The position numbers and the translations under genes are program-made. The notes under the pieces were generated by a model. That model was given only the letters and a program-made list of their open reading frames with translations. It was not told the DNA's origin and searched no databases. DNA of 64,000 nt, from NCBI RefSeq assembly GCF_000181795.1, contig NW_003526943.1, positions 7,709,566 to 7,773,565 on the forward strand. The letters run 5' to 3'. Of this stretch, positions 28,939-43,661 are shown in pieces; the stretch's first letter is position 1, and the number at the start of each line of letters is the position of its first letter. The stretch comes from Trichinella spiralis. Its lineage: Eukaryota.

Positions 28939-31059
28939 ATATATTGATCTCTCATTGCCGCCCTAACTTTCATTTCCATTGTTGAGAGTGAACAATATCA
29001 TGTGGTTCACTGACTTGGTTACACAATGAATTTATTTGAGAAAGCGTCTGTATGTAGCATTGTAAAAATTCCAGACACAAATGTCATTGTGTTTTGTACT
29101 TGTGCATTTTTATGGTATATTTCAAGAAGTATTTGATGCACTCGCACTATATCAAGGGTCTGTAAAAAATTTCTCAGATGCAGCGTAGCTGCTGCACAGA
29201 TTGAACTGAAAATGCTTTTGGCTAGCTTAGGGGAAATTTAACGGCAGCACATGTTTGTTGGTCTAGTGAAATTTCAGAAAATTCTGCGTGATGAATTTTG
29301 ACCATGCTCATGATAATCGCTGCACAGCTTTCTTCATTGTCAAATTAGTTGACAAGGCTAGCTTTGTTGCCATCCTTAAACGTCATTACATATCGAATTA
29401 TGAAAACAATGAATGATCCATACCTAGATAAGCATGTTCATTTAACCTCTCTTCGTTCAGTTTTAAGCAGCTCATTTGTTGCTTCTAAATTTTATGCAGA
29501 ATGATGCAATTTTATAATAAATATATTTAATTTGTTAAGAACAAGACCGTCAATTCCATTTTCTTTTATTTCAATCTTCAGTGTTCATCACTAGCGTCTG
29601 CTTTTTTCTGCGTCGTAGGTTAGAGATGATAACGATGAATCTCAGTTTGTATCTCAAAGAATCAACAAGCTAATACACAAAGGGAACTGCTGCAGGCTCA
29701 AGCGCACAAATCATAATGATTAATACTGGTTGTGAACAAAGATGCAAACAGTGGATTAATGTAGCACATTAAATTAATCTTCTGTAATCAATGAAAGGTA
29801 AAAAGACAAAGCTTTTGCATCCCATATTTGGGAAAACTTTGATGGAAAACAATTATCCAATCAATGACGAAAACTATGTAGCTAATCAAGTGCTACAAGT
29901 TATTCAACCAATTATAGATACAAACTGATCAACAAATAAAACAGCATAACTCATTGCCCAATTACTAATCAATATCCGTACAGCCAATCAACGACTCGCT
30001 AATCACCAATAGGGGGCGGAGTTAGGGGAAATCGGGATTGGACAAAGTGGGACGATTCAGAGCTGGCTGTAATATTTTCATTTTACGAATATTAATTTTC
30101 ATTAAACAAAATATGAACACGTAGTTCATAACTTGTATTTATTCTTTGAACGCAATGCTTCATGGAATGTAAGAGCAAAATGCAAATTCTTAATTAATAA
30201 TCAAATCATTTTCTAAATACCAAGTGATATATCAAGAGAGAAATAATTCTAGAAAAACTTTAAATTTGTAATGTTTAATTTAAGATATAAATTGTATTTA
30301 ATAATTTTAATAAATGTTTGATCTTGTACGCTTTGACTGTAAACAATCATAATGATTTGCTGTTATTATCAAATTAAAGAACTTTCAAAAAAGTTTTACT
30401 TTCAGCAATAAATATTGATTTTATTCTTTATTTGACTTATATTTGTCTTTATTTGATCATCTTTTCCAATAGGTTTTTTAGCTACTTAATTTTACGTACC
30501 TCTCACGTAGTGGAATTAATTTTGAAAAGGAGAATTAATGGAAAATTAAGATTTTGAGTTTTCATCAATAATATCAATTTTGTTGCAACAAAATAAAAAT
30601 ATTACTATTTCGCTTATTTCATTGCTTATCAACATGTTATGTAGAGCAATATCTGATATAAATTATTTATTTTATTTTATTGTTAATACATTTTGGAGTA
30701 GGCCCTTATTATGTTTGCAACATTGAAATTGAATGTAAGTTTTGTTTGTCAAACTTGATTTTCCTTTTTTACAGTTTGAGATTTCTTCTGTGTAGTGAAT
30801 GAAACCTTAGTTGTCATTGGAATGTTTTACAGGAATTTCAGGTAATATGAAATCTTGTTTCATTTTTAATATATTGTTTGCTGTTAAGTGAATTCCGTGG
30901 TCGTTTGAGTTTATAAAATTGAATGAATGTTATTGAATCTTAGTCTGAAAGCTAGTTTGGCTGGGAAAGTGTTGAAAATTGGAAAATGATGTTGAGTTGA
31001 ATTTTAGACAGTGAATTCTCTGGTGCCTAGGTGACTGTTTTCGTTGTTTTATTTTGGCC

Positions 31060-32106
31060 ATGGACGAGAGTTTTGATGAGCAGATCAGCTTCCGGCTTTG
31101 TTGTTCGACATGTTTTGAGATTTTCTGCTCTCCCACTATGCTTATTCTTCACGAAACGATGATTCATCGATTGCTGCCTGGTCAGGTTGCTTCCTTGGAT
31201 TTTCCGTCGCCATTTGAACAATGTGATTCACATTCAAAAGCTTCGAAAATAACATTTCGCGTGGTTCCTATTTTGGATTGTGCTGGTGTTGTAAGTACTG
31301 TTCTGAGGAAGGCAAGACTGTGCGAAGTGAAGAATGAAATGTTGTTTAAACAAGAGGTGATTGATTGATTGATTGTTATTCGTATAAACGTGATTTGTTT
31401 GTTTGTTTGAAATTGCATTTAATATGATCGATATATGCAGGGTGACCTGACGTTCTCCACGTTTATATCGGTAGCAATGAACAGCAGTGAATTGATGGAC
31501 CAGGACCAGCTAGACCGATCAGATATGGCAATGGGGGACGATGTTGCCGAGCACGGTAAGCGTGAGGAGATGTCGTTGAGTGAAGCTGGCTCCATGCGTG
31601 GACGCAACCGGCGCCGGCGCAAGAGGTCGGTACTATCGAATCCCATGGCACGGAAGCGTCGCCGAACCGCCAAGTACAAGAGCCCCAACCATTGGAAACC
31701 GCCCGGTCGGTTGATCGATATCCAGCTGTACCGGCACAAGAACGACGTCTCCTCTTGGCTGGATGTGAAGCGCTGTCCGGTGTGCTACGAAAATTGCGCC
31801 AGCGTGATCGAGACGGTTTTGCACTGCATCTTCAAGCACGGCTTCCAGTTGGAAAGCTTGCAACGGCTGGTATACGAGCCGGAGCGCAGCGTTCGTCAGC
31901 TATTCAAAAGTCTGAACTGTCAGTATTGTCCTGACCGTTTTGGCCAAATAGCCGACTGCTTGCTTCACGTGCTTCAAATGCACGGGGATTTGTTCTTCGG
32001 TCGGTCGAGCTCCGGTGATCTGCTTGCCACTTGCAGTGTTTTTTTCAGAAACAACAATCTCGCAATCATCAAATTTGTCATGCTTGTTGAAAAGGAACGC
32101 TTGTAA
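31060..32106 (+). CDS. C2H2 zinc-finger protein (3 dispersed fingers, basic NLS), exons 31060-31356 and 31441-32106
   Basis: CSTC-x12-HETMIH, CPVC-x12-HCIFKH, CQYC-x12-HVLQMH; RNRRRRKR...RKRRR; phase-0 GT-AG intron. Confidence 0.8.
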
Positions 32107-33051
32107 TCAGTCATACTTTTGCGAACTTTCGGAACTTTTACCAAGTTATTTTCTTCATTATTATTATTTTGTATATTAGCCTTATCCACTTGTTTTTTAT
32201 TCATATTTATTTCTATTATTTTCTGTTATTCCTTTTTCCATAACGTACGAAAAGATTTTGATTTTATTTGTTTTTCTTTCTAGCTTCACAAAACCTTTAC
32301 ATCATGTAATAAGGCTTTTGTTACTTACCACAGAGAATTCTAGTCGCGCATGTTCGCAGTTTCCCTTTCAAATCACACATTTTTACATTGAGATTGCACG
32401 ATTTGTTGATTTATTTTTTTGGTGCTTTTATTGTCAGATGCCAAGGTTTTTCGTTTATTATTATTTTTTCATTTTTTATAAATTTTATTGTTGTTGGCGT
32501 TTATTTTCTTCAGACTGAACGATGAAGCCATCCTGGACAAAGTTACGATTGAACTTCTACTTGAATTATTTGTACGAATTTACAATTTCAGTAAAGTTGA
32601 AATTTGAATATTCCTACTTTGGCATGCTTTATCTATTATTTTCAAAACTGCTTCGTTGAGAAAGTATATATTTATTTGGATAATTTTAAAGAAAAAATAT
32701 TTATATTAAATGCAGCATCAATCAATTTTTATTCAAATTATTTATCATTTGTTTTTTGAAATTGAATACCTTTTTTTTCTAAAAATAATTTCAAACTTTC
32801 AAATAAACTAATTATGTCATGCTTGTTTTTAACTGTCAAAAATTATTTTCATTCTTAATTAATTGAATTATTATTAATTTGTTTTTTTCAAAAAAAATAT
32901 AAGTATTTTATCAATAACCAGTAAGTTTTTTTAAATACTGTTTCTCTTTCTTTTCTTTTTTGACACGGATTACGGTATTCTGCCAGTTTAAGCTTGAAAA
33001 TCTACCGTATACTTATGCTATTGAGATTAATTTCAATATTTTCACCGAAAG

Positions 33052-35526
<2,475 letters not shown>

Positions 35527-35595
35527 TTAATATTATTGTGATGAAAAAAAATTAATAATAAATGATTCCAATTTGTTTGTTGTTTCACTTCGACA

Positions 35596-37348
35596 ATGGA
35601 TTCTTCCATGTTATTATTTTTTGTATATTTTTATGCAAAAATTGTTTTTTTTTGGTTGACAATTTTTGTGTGCAGAAAAAATATGGCGGATGTTGAAGAA
35701 GAAATGTTCAATTTGTGGAAGCAGTTGGCGGATGCGAAAAAGCAGTCGACAGAACGTGAAAAGCCAAAAAAAGAGAATTTCCCCGCAACAAATGTGGAAG
35801 ATTTTTTCAAGTTTGAAAAAATTTTTTCATGTTTGAAATTTTTTAATTTTAAATTGCAAAAAGTGTTTTCTCTTTCAGAGAAGAATACTGCTCATCAGCT
35901 GGTGAAGAGCCCGATTTACCGAGAGGTATTTTAATAATTCAATTTATTATTATTATCATTATTGTTGTTTTGATTATATATTTTTTTCAAAAAATGTTCA
36001 GCTAGTACAAGTTTTGCTTGGAAACGACAAGAGCAGCCGAGGGTTGAAAATGGAATTATTCCTGAAGTGAAAAAGTGTCGACTTGCCGACCCATCGACCC
36101 AAGATGACGATGTGAGTTCGAGAATATTCGAATACAAGTGGAAACGGCGTCCTTGTGCATCGTCGAAATTCGACCAACCACTACCAACAACGTCGGAGGA
36201 GGAAGAACATGTGGAAAAAAAAACCACAGGGAACCAGAGCAAAAAAACTGCGTATCGTTGCGCGTCGCAGTTCGTCTCTTCGTTGTCACTTCTCTACGGT
36301 CGGTCGACGTCGTCGAAATCGTTGGGTCTGACTGGACGTGGTTTCAAGGCGCCGTTGAAAGCATCCGACGACTGTTCAATTCAGGCTCGGAGTGACGATA
36401 CAGTCGAGCAGATTTGTGGAAGTGGACCTCCGCCTATAGGAACAAGGGACTGCAAGGCCGGAAAGCGAATCGAAGACGACAATGATTCCACATTGAAAGG
36501 TTGTGATCCAGAATTGGTGAACTTGATCGAAAGTGAAATTGTGAACAAATCTCCGGCGGTCAATTGGGACGACATTGCTGGATTGAAGCAGGCAAAAATG
36601 GCCATCAAAGAAATCGTCGTCTGGCCCATGTTGAGACCGTAAGTTGTTTATTTATTTGTTTATTTGTTAGTTTATTTGTTTTTCTCAAGGGATATTTTTA
36701 CTGGTCTTTTGGCCCCGTGCAAGGGTCTACTTCTGTTCGGACCGCCCGGCACTGGGAAGACGTTGATCGGCAAATGCATTGCCAGTCAGTGCAGGGCGAC
36801 GTTTTTCAGCATCAGCGCCAGCACGTTGACGTCGAAATGGGTAGGCGAAGGGGAAAAGTTGGTCCGGGCACTTTTCACTGTGGCTCGCGGTCGTCTGCCG
36901 GCGGTGATTTTCATCGACGAGATCGATTCACTGCTGACAAAGCGTACCGATACTGAACACGAATCAAGCAGGCGGATCAAAAACGAATTTTTCACCCAAA
37001 TGGTTCGAAAATTATTTTTATTTTTTTTCACCCAATCAATCAATTGATTAATTTCAATTTTATTCCAGGAAGGATTGGGCATTTCGAAAGAGGAAAGATT
37101 GCTCGTAGTCGGTGCGACAAACAGGCATGCCATACGAAAAGCCAACAGCTTTGTGTAGGTTTTTTTTCAATTGTAATATTTCAGACCTCAAGAGTTGGAC
37201 GAAGCGGCGAGAAGGCGATTTTCCAGACGACTGTACGTCCCTTTACCGGACGTTGAAGCGAGGTCGGAAATTGTGCGGCGTCTGTTGACCAATCACAACA
37301 ACACTTTGACCCAATCGGACATTGAACAAGTCTCCAGCTTGACAGAAG
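35596..37348 (+). CDS. FIGNL1: Fidgetin-like protein 1 AAA ATPase; 3' end lies in the gap
   Basis: RGFKAPLK (FxxP-type RAD51-binding-like segment), [27 protein letters not shown]...[71 protein letters not shown]. Confidence 0.9.
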
Positions 37349-37377
37349 GTTTGCAGAAAGAAAAATTAAATTTTAAA

Positions 37378-37517
37378 GGGGTGGTTTTACTCGGTCCCGC
37401 TTTTCTCTCATTGGTCTTTGCCCACGCTATTTTATTAGACCGTCAAATCTTTGTTGTATTGGTTTTCATTTTATTTGGCCGTGAAGTCTTTGTCGTAATG
37501 GTTTTCTTTGTCTAATT
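37378..37517 (+). mobile_element. MULE-like repeat inserted in a FIGNL1 intron, running into gap
   Basis: Homologous to the reverse complement of 28790-28938 (ACTCGGTCCC..., CGCTATTTTATTAGACCGT, TCTTTGTCGTAATGGTTTTC...TGTCTAATT). Confidence 0.6.
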
Positions 37518-40228
37518 NNNNNNNNNNNNNNNNNNNNNNNNNNNNNNNNNNNNNNNNNNNNNNNNNNNNNNNNNNNNNNNNNNNNNNNNNNNNNNNNNNN
37601 NNNNNNNNNNNNNNNNNNNNNNNNNNNNNNNNNNNNNNNNNNNNNNNNNNNNNNNNNNNNNNNNNNNNNNNNNNNNNNNNNNNNNNNNNNNNNNNNNNNN
37701 NNNNNNNNNNNNNNNNNNNNNNNNNNNNNNNNNNNNNNNNNNNNNNNNNNNNNNNNNNNNNNNNNNNNNNNNNNNNNNNNNNNNNNNNNNNNNNNNNNNN
37801 NNNNNNNNNNNNNNNNNNNNNNNNNNNNNNNNNNNNNNNNNNNNNNNNNNNNNNNNNNNNNNNNNNNNNNNNNNNNNNNNNNNNNNNNNNNNNNNNNNNN
37901 NNNNNNNNNNNNNNNNNNNNNNNNNNNNNNNNNNNNNNNNNNNNNNNNNNNNNNNNNNNNNNNNNNNNNNNNNNNNNNNNNNNNNNNNNNNNNNNNNNNN
38001 NNNNNNNNNNNNNNNNNNNNNNNNNNNNNNNNNNNNNNNNNNNNNNNNNNNNNNNNNNNNNNNNNNNNNNNNNNNNNNNNNNNNNNNNNNNNNNNNNNNN
38101 NNNNNNNNNNNNNNNNNNNNNNNNNNNNNNNNNNNNNNNNNNNNNNNNNNNNNNNNNNNNNNNNNNNNNNNNNNNNNNNNNNNNNNNNNNNNNNNNNNNN
38201 NNNNNNNNNNNNNNNNNNNNNNNNNNNNNNNNNNNNNNNNNNNNNNNNNNNNNNNNNNNNNNNNNGATGGCAATTTAAGTGTTCACCACGCATTAGTCGG
38301 TTCGTTCAGATGTTGAAATAGAAAGTTTACAATTTACACCAAATATATAAAACTAATTTTTTGATTTTTAAATAATATTGCAGATTTTTAATTTTTTTTT
38401 AAAAAAATTATACGAAGGAAAACAAAAACCCTGACGAAAGAAGTCAAAACTTTCTGAAGTTGAAAATAAAATTCTTTTGATTGCTATCAAGAAAGATTTC
38501 AGAGAACAGTCAGCCTGAAATTAGAAAAAGTATTTAAATGCCAACAAAATTAGCAGTTGCAATGCCTAGTTTTAGCTGACAACTGCAGCTGTGGACAATT
38601 CATCACTTGTTGATTTTTCCATTGTATTCAAATTGCCTTTAGCTAATCATCAGAATGAGATGATAAGTGATAAATGAGTGTAAAACATTTTGAAAGCAGA
38701 AAGGAAGCGATGGACAGCACGAAGCAGAATAGCAGTTAAAGCTGCTTCAAAAATTCACTGTGCAGTGGACATCACGTTCTTTGATGTTAGTATTCGTGCG
38801 CCATTTGTGTGTGATGAATTTTATTCTGTCAGTATCAACAAAAGGCATTACTAAAACAGCATTAGTGCCACAAGGAATATCAGAAGTTGATCTTCGATTG
38901 TAGATAAAATGTGAAATTAAAACTAAATATTGTTGCAAAATGGTTATTTAAAATGAAATTCAAAACTGTCCAGTTTATTTGCATTTTTGGTGTGCGTTTG
39001 AGTTCAGTGCTTTGCGTTCCAGAATTCGAATCATTTTCTATTCTGTTCCTTGTTATGGCTGATGTCCCTGAGTTACATCTTGTACCAAATCGTTGCGGGA
39101 TTTGGTCCAATTCGGTGGTATGGTAGGCAGGATATATAAATTAAAACGTGCCGGCAAAACGGAAAATATTGGGAGGTGTTCCAAAAGTATGCGCTGAATG
39201 TATAGCATATGGTTCCCTAGTTATTAACCATTACTTTTATTTTTGGGATCAAATAAAAGAAAGCTGCCGGGGGTGCCATGGTGACAGATTTAGAAATTCC
39301 CGGATGGGGATCGAATAATAGATCCCGCTGGACATTGCCCAGTAAAAGAAGCACACGGCGCCANNNNNNNNNNNNNNNNNNNNNNNNNNNNNNNNNNNNN
39401 NNNNNNNNNNNNNNNNNNNNNNNNNNNNNNNNNNNNNNNNNNNNNNNNNNNNNNNNNNNNNNNNNNNNNNNNNNNNNNNNNNNNNNNNNNNNNNNNNNNN
39501 NNNNNNNNNNNNNNNNNNNNNNNNNNNNNNNNNNNNNNNNNNNNNNNNNNNNNNNNNNNNNNNNNNNNNNNNNNNNNNNNNNNNNNNNNNNNNNNNNNNN
39601 NNNNNNNNNNNNNNNNNNNNNNNNNNNNNNNNNNNNNNNNNNNNNNNNNNNNNNNNNNNNNNNNNNNNNNNNNNNNNNNNNNNNNNNNNNNNNNNNNNNN
39701 NNNNNNNNNNNNNNNNNNNNNNNNNNNNNNNNNNNNNNNNNNNNNNNNNNNNNNNNNNNNNNNNNNNNNNNNNNNNNNNNNNNNNNNNNNNNNNNNTAAT
39801 TGCTTTAAATGTAATTTCAGTTGCTCTGCTCAGCGATCAGTTGTCTGATTAATTCACATAATCGAATACAGTATCGCCCTTATTCATAGTATATTGCTGT
39901 AGATCACATAAACTTACATCTGTGAATTAAACGAGAAAGAACAGACATGGTAAAAAAAATTCCATTTAAACAAATATCATTAAAATTTAATGCTAGAAAT
40001 AAAATACTGTTAATAAATATTATGAATTATTATTTTCAAATAATTGTAGTCTACAGATTACAATAAAATGATTTCAGAAAAAATTAGTGATATTTTATTT
40101 ATTCATAATTTTATTAAATGAACATATAAAATAAATATCAATTTCACAAATTTAAGCTTACGCATTAAACGTCAAAGTAATAACAAGTTAAAATGAATTA
40201 CAATACAGAATAATACGAGTAGGAATAA

Positions 40229-41515
40229 TCATTCTTTGTCGGCAGTTTTATTTCCAGTATGATCTGGATGTTGATTGCAGCTAAGTTTAACAAGCTTTTC
40301 ATACAATTTTTCAGCTCCACGACAGCTTTGCATAAAGAGCCAAAGGAAAAAAGTTAATTTTAGCAACCAATAAAATGAGAAAATGTCGCCAATAAAGTGA
40401 GCAAAAAAATCACCAATGGTAAACAAACCAAAAGTAACCCAATAAAGCATCCATTGATTAAAATTGATTTTTTCTTCGACTTCGATCTCCATAATCGTTT
40501 TCATTGCTGAAAATCCGTTAAAAATAAAAATGATAAAATTTAATATTCACAAAAATTAAAAAGAACATAAGAGCAATGCAAAAAAATATAATAGTAAAAT
40601 TGGATATGTAAAATTTTATAAATAATGCAATGTTTCGCAGTAAATATGCATTCCGTAATTATATTAGAAATTGAAAGATATTAACCGTCGGGCAGCGTGT
40701 AGCACGGTGGTAAGCCATACAGCTTGACGTGCTGAACTCATAGGGTTCGATTCTCGCTGTCCCATGAAAATATCAAATATGATCCTAATGCATGTAGCAC
40801 GGTGGTAAGCCCATATAGCTTGACGTGCTGAACTCATAGAGTTCGATTCTCCCTGCCTCATGAAAATATCATGATATAAACGCAATGCGTGCTGCTCTAC
40901 ATCAACGCATTGGTCGGCACGTTTATGTAGTCGAAAGTCATGCAGTCTAACGTGCATACCAAAGCGGAATCAGAAGCTTTTTCACAACCGGAACACCACT
41001 CTAACCATTTTATTCCAGAATGCTTACAGTGTGCGAAGCGATATTTATCGTTGGGCAGCGTGTAGCACGGTGGTAAGCCATATAGCTTGACGTGCTGAAC
41101 TCGTAGGGTTCGATTCTCGCTCCCTCATTAAAATATCAAATATAATTCTAATGCATGCTGCTCTATCTTGTTGTGCGTATCTGCCTCCCTTGTTTGAATA
41201 GGTCGTAGATTTGGGTTTAGTACCCAGTTTCTACCCTATGAGAATACCCGGGCAGCCGATACGAAAAAGGAGGATAAGAAGCAATTTTTCAATACCTGTA
41301 ATGATAATGTCTCTCAATGTGCATTCAAAAAACTGGACCATTTCAATATTCACATAAAATCTTTGAACTAGCACTAGCAATTAATGTAAATAGTAATAAC
41401 TGGTGATTTTGTTAATGACCACTTTTTTCTTCAATTTGCCAAAAATCTTTCCAACAAATGTGTCTTGATTGCTAATTGCATTGGTGATATCCACTCAAAT
41501 ATTTCGAATAATTTC
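40229..41515 (-). pseudogene. REEP5: REEP5/DP1/Yop1 (TB2/DP1/HVA22 family) gene, probably disrupted
   Basis: Last exon QWMLYWVTFGLFTIGDFF...FYWLLKLTFFLWLF...GAEKLYEKLV matches the HVA22 domain. Upstream REEP5-like pieces (DITNAISNQDTFVGKIFGKL; LLFTLIASASSKILC; FTYPI) lie in different frames and are separated by a repeat insertion. Confidence 0.6.
40690..41285 (+). mobile_element. Cluster of three tRNA-derived (SINE-like) units at 40690-40764, 40793-40860 and 41053-41127
   Basis: Each has A-box-like TAGCACGGTGG, B-box GTTCGATTC and an anticodon-like arm AGC-TTGACGT-GCT, followed by a shared AT-rich tail. The T-stem pairs poorly, so these are not canonical tRNAs. Confidence 0.7.
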
Positions 41516-43661
41516 TGTTATTTTGAAACAATGTACGCAACGAACAACTATTCACTCTAAGTAATTTCAACAAAGTAATTATTGCATTCCTATGAAAGGT
41601 TGCCAATACCTGGTGTTTTACTTTAAAATTTTAATTTTAAACATAACTGTGCGACTGTTTTAAAAAGTCGTGTTGTTTATTTAAATAACGTGTGAAGCGT
41701 ATTGTAGTCAAAATATTAATATTATTGAACTGCAATCATTAGAAATCGCAAAGTATCAGGCATGTACAACCGTGATAGTTCCACTGTTTTTAAATTTTAA
41801 TATTAAATTGCATGCAATTAATTTTCAAAATACTTTAAATAAAATCAGAATATTTTAACGCAATAAATAAATTAAAATAATGTAATTAAATAATGAAGAT
41901 GAGTAATTAAAAAATGAAATTGTATAAAAGTGTGAAATAAAATTGAGAAGTACAATTTACTTACAAATTTAAAGGTTTTTTTATCAACTGATGTAAGTTG
42001 ATCATCTGCCGCCAAGAACTGCATTTGAAAATAATGAATTCTAGATTAAAATTTCATAGTAAAAAGTGGTTTTTTATTAATATTCTTTCATTCTTATTAA
42101 GTCTATTATAAATCATGTAATCAATTTGCAACACTGAACATTGATTGTAATATGCTGTGCTGCAACTGACTATGCAAATGCAGTGAGAAACATGCCACAT
42201 TCTCTCAGAGAATGAATTAAGTAATGATCATAAACTCATTCGATATCATTTTGCCTACCTTTGAAATTCATTGAAATTAAATTTACTTATAAATTTCTAT
42301 ATGCCAACATTTTGGCTGAATTGATTAATTTCACCATAGTCAGTTTCTAATTATGCTTTACCAAATAAAACATTTTACATGTTCTTGAACAAAGCGTTTT
42401 ATTCAGTCACTTTTATCTTACACTTTGTACAAAAAATAACATTTCTTTACTATTTTTCGTCATAATTATTTCAAAATCTTCAATTATTTTCATAGCAAGC
42501 GTAACTTAGTAATTCAAAAAAAACATCGATATCTTTTCAATTTTCATATTTTTAATAAACGTGAAAATTAAGTACACTGAGAAGTCATGAATGTAAGATA
42601 CCACTTTCAGTACAGTAATAGTAAAGGGTATGAATTATCTGTGATTAGTGGCTTTGAAGTTTTATGCTTGTGCTCTGCATTGGACTACTCTCTAAGGCAA
42701 GATGTACACGGTAGTATGCAACGCACAATAGATCAACTTCCACTTATGTATGCTTCTGCATCAATGCTTAAACTTTAGATATTACAGTTTTTATTAATAT
42801 TGTTGCATTAATATCTGTTAATATTTTTCACTTTCCAAAAAATATGTTCCTATTTCTAGCCTAATTGGTGATATTTCCAATAATTATTTCGAACATTTTG
42901 TCATTCTTCAAAATGCAACAAACTTTGTTCACTTGAATACTAGCAGATCATTCCTATTTTGTGTGCTCTGTCTGTATTTAGATTAAATTTTGTTAAATTT
43001 TTGTCTTTTATAACTGAAAGTGAGTAAGAATTTGTAATAAAAATGAAGTAATCTTAATGATGCGCTTTAGATTAGTTAGCATTAAAATATAAAATGTGAA
43101 CAACTCATTTTTTAAATAATTACTTGAAAATATGGTTTAGATGTGAAACAGAAGAACGGTTATTTATTTTCAGGAGAATAAATGAGCTACATTTATTTAA
43201 GCTTATTTATTAAGCATCTTATTATTTCAGTTAATTTACTTTTCATTTATGTTTAACACTCAGATATTTTGAACATATGATTGAGAAAGATACTATGCAT
43301 AAAAATGCGTGCATAAAGTAAATAACAAACAAATATTTGTTCACAGGTTGCTTTGCTTTACGTTTGTAAAAAGGTTACACTTTTTTACAGTTTTTACATG
43401 AAGTATTTTAAGCCGTTCAAATGTACATTTGGAAATCGACACTCTGCATATTGCAAAGTAATAAACATATAACGTGTTGTATGTTGTATTTTATAACAGT
43501 ACCATAAATTGCAATTTTCTCGTATACTGTGAACAAAAGATACTATCGAGAAACATCCTGATCCAGTAATATACTTTATCTTATCAAGAAATCAAGAAAT
43601 TAATGCAATCAATCACATAATCAAAATATGCATCTCTGACAATGTAGGTAATTTTCTTTAA

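Noticed and set aside
31419..32204. Antisense and alternative-frame ORFs over the zinc-finger exon (likewise over FIGNL1 and the RB-family gene)
   Set aside because: Shadow ORFs of GC-richer coding exons.
37466..39799. Long ORFs containing X runs
   Set aside because: Artefacts of N-filled assembly gaps.
40690..41285. Functional tRNA-Val genes or a hammerhead ribozyme
   Set aside because: The T-stem and acceptor geometry are non-canonical, and no CUGANGA/GAAA core is correctly placed on either strand.
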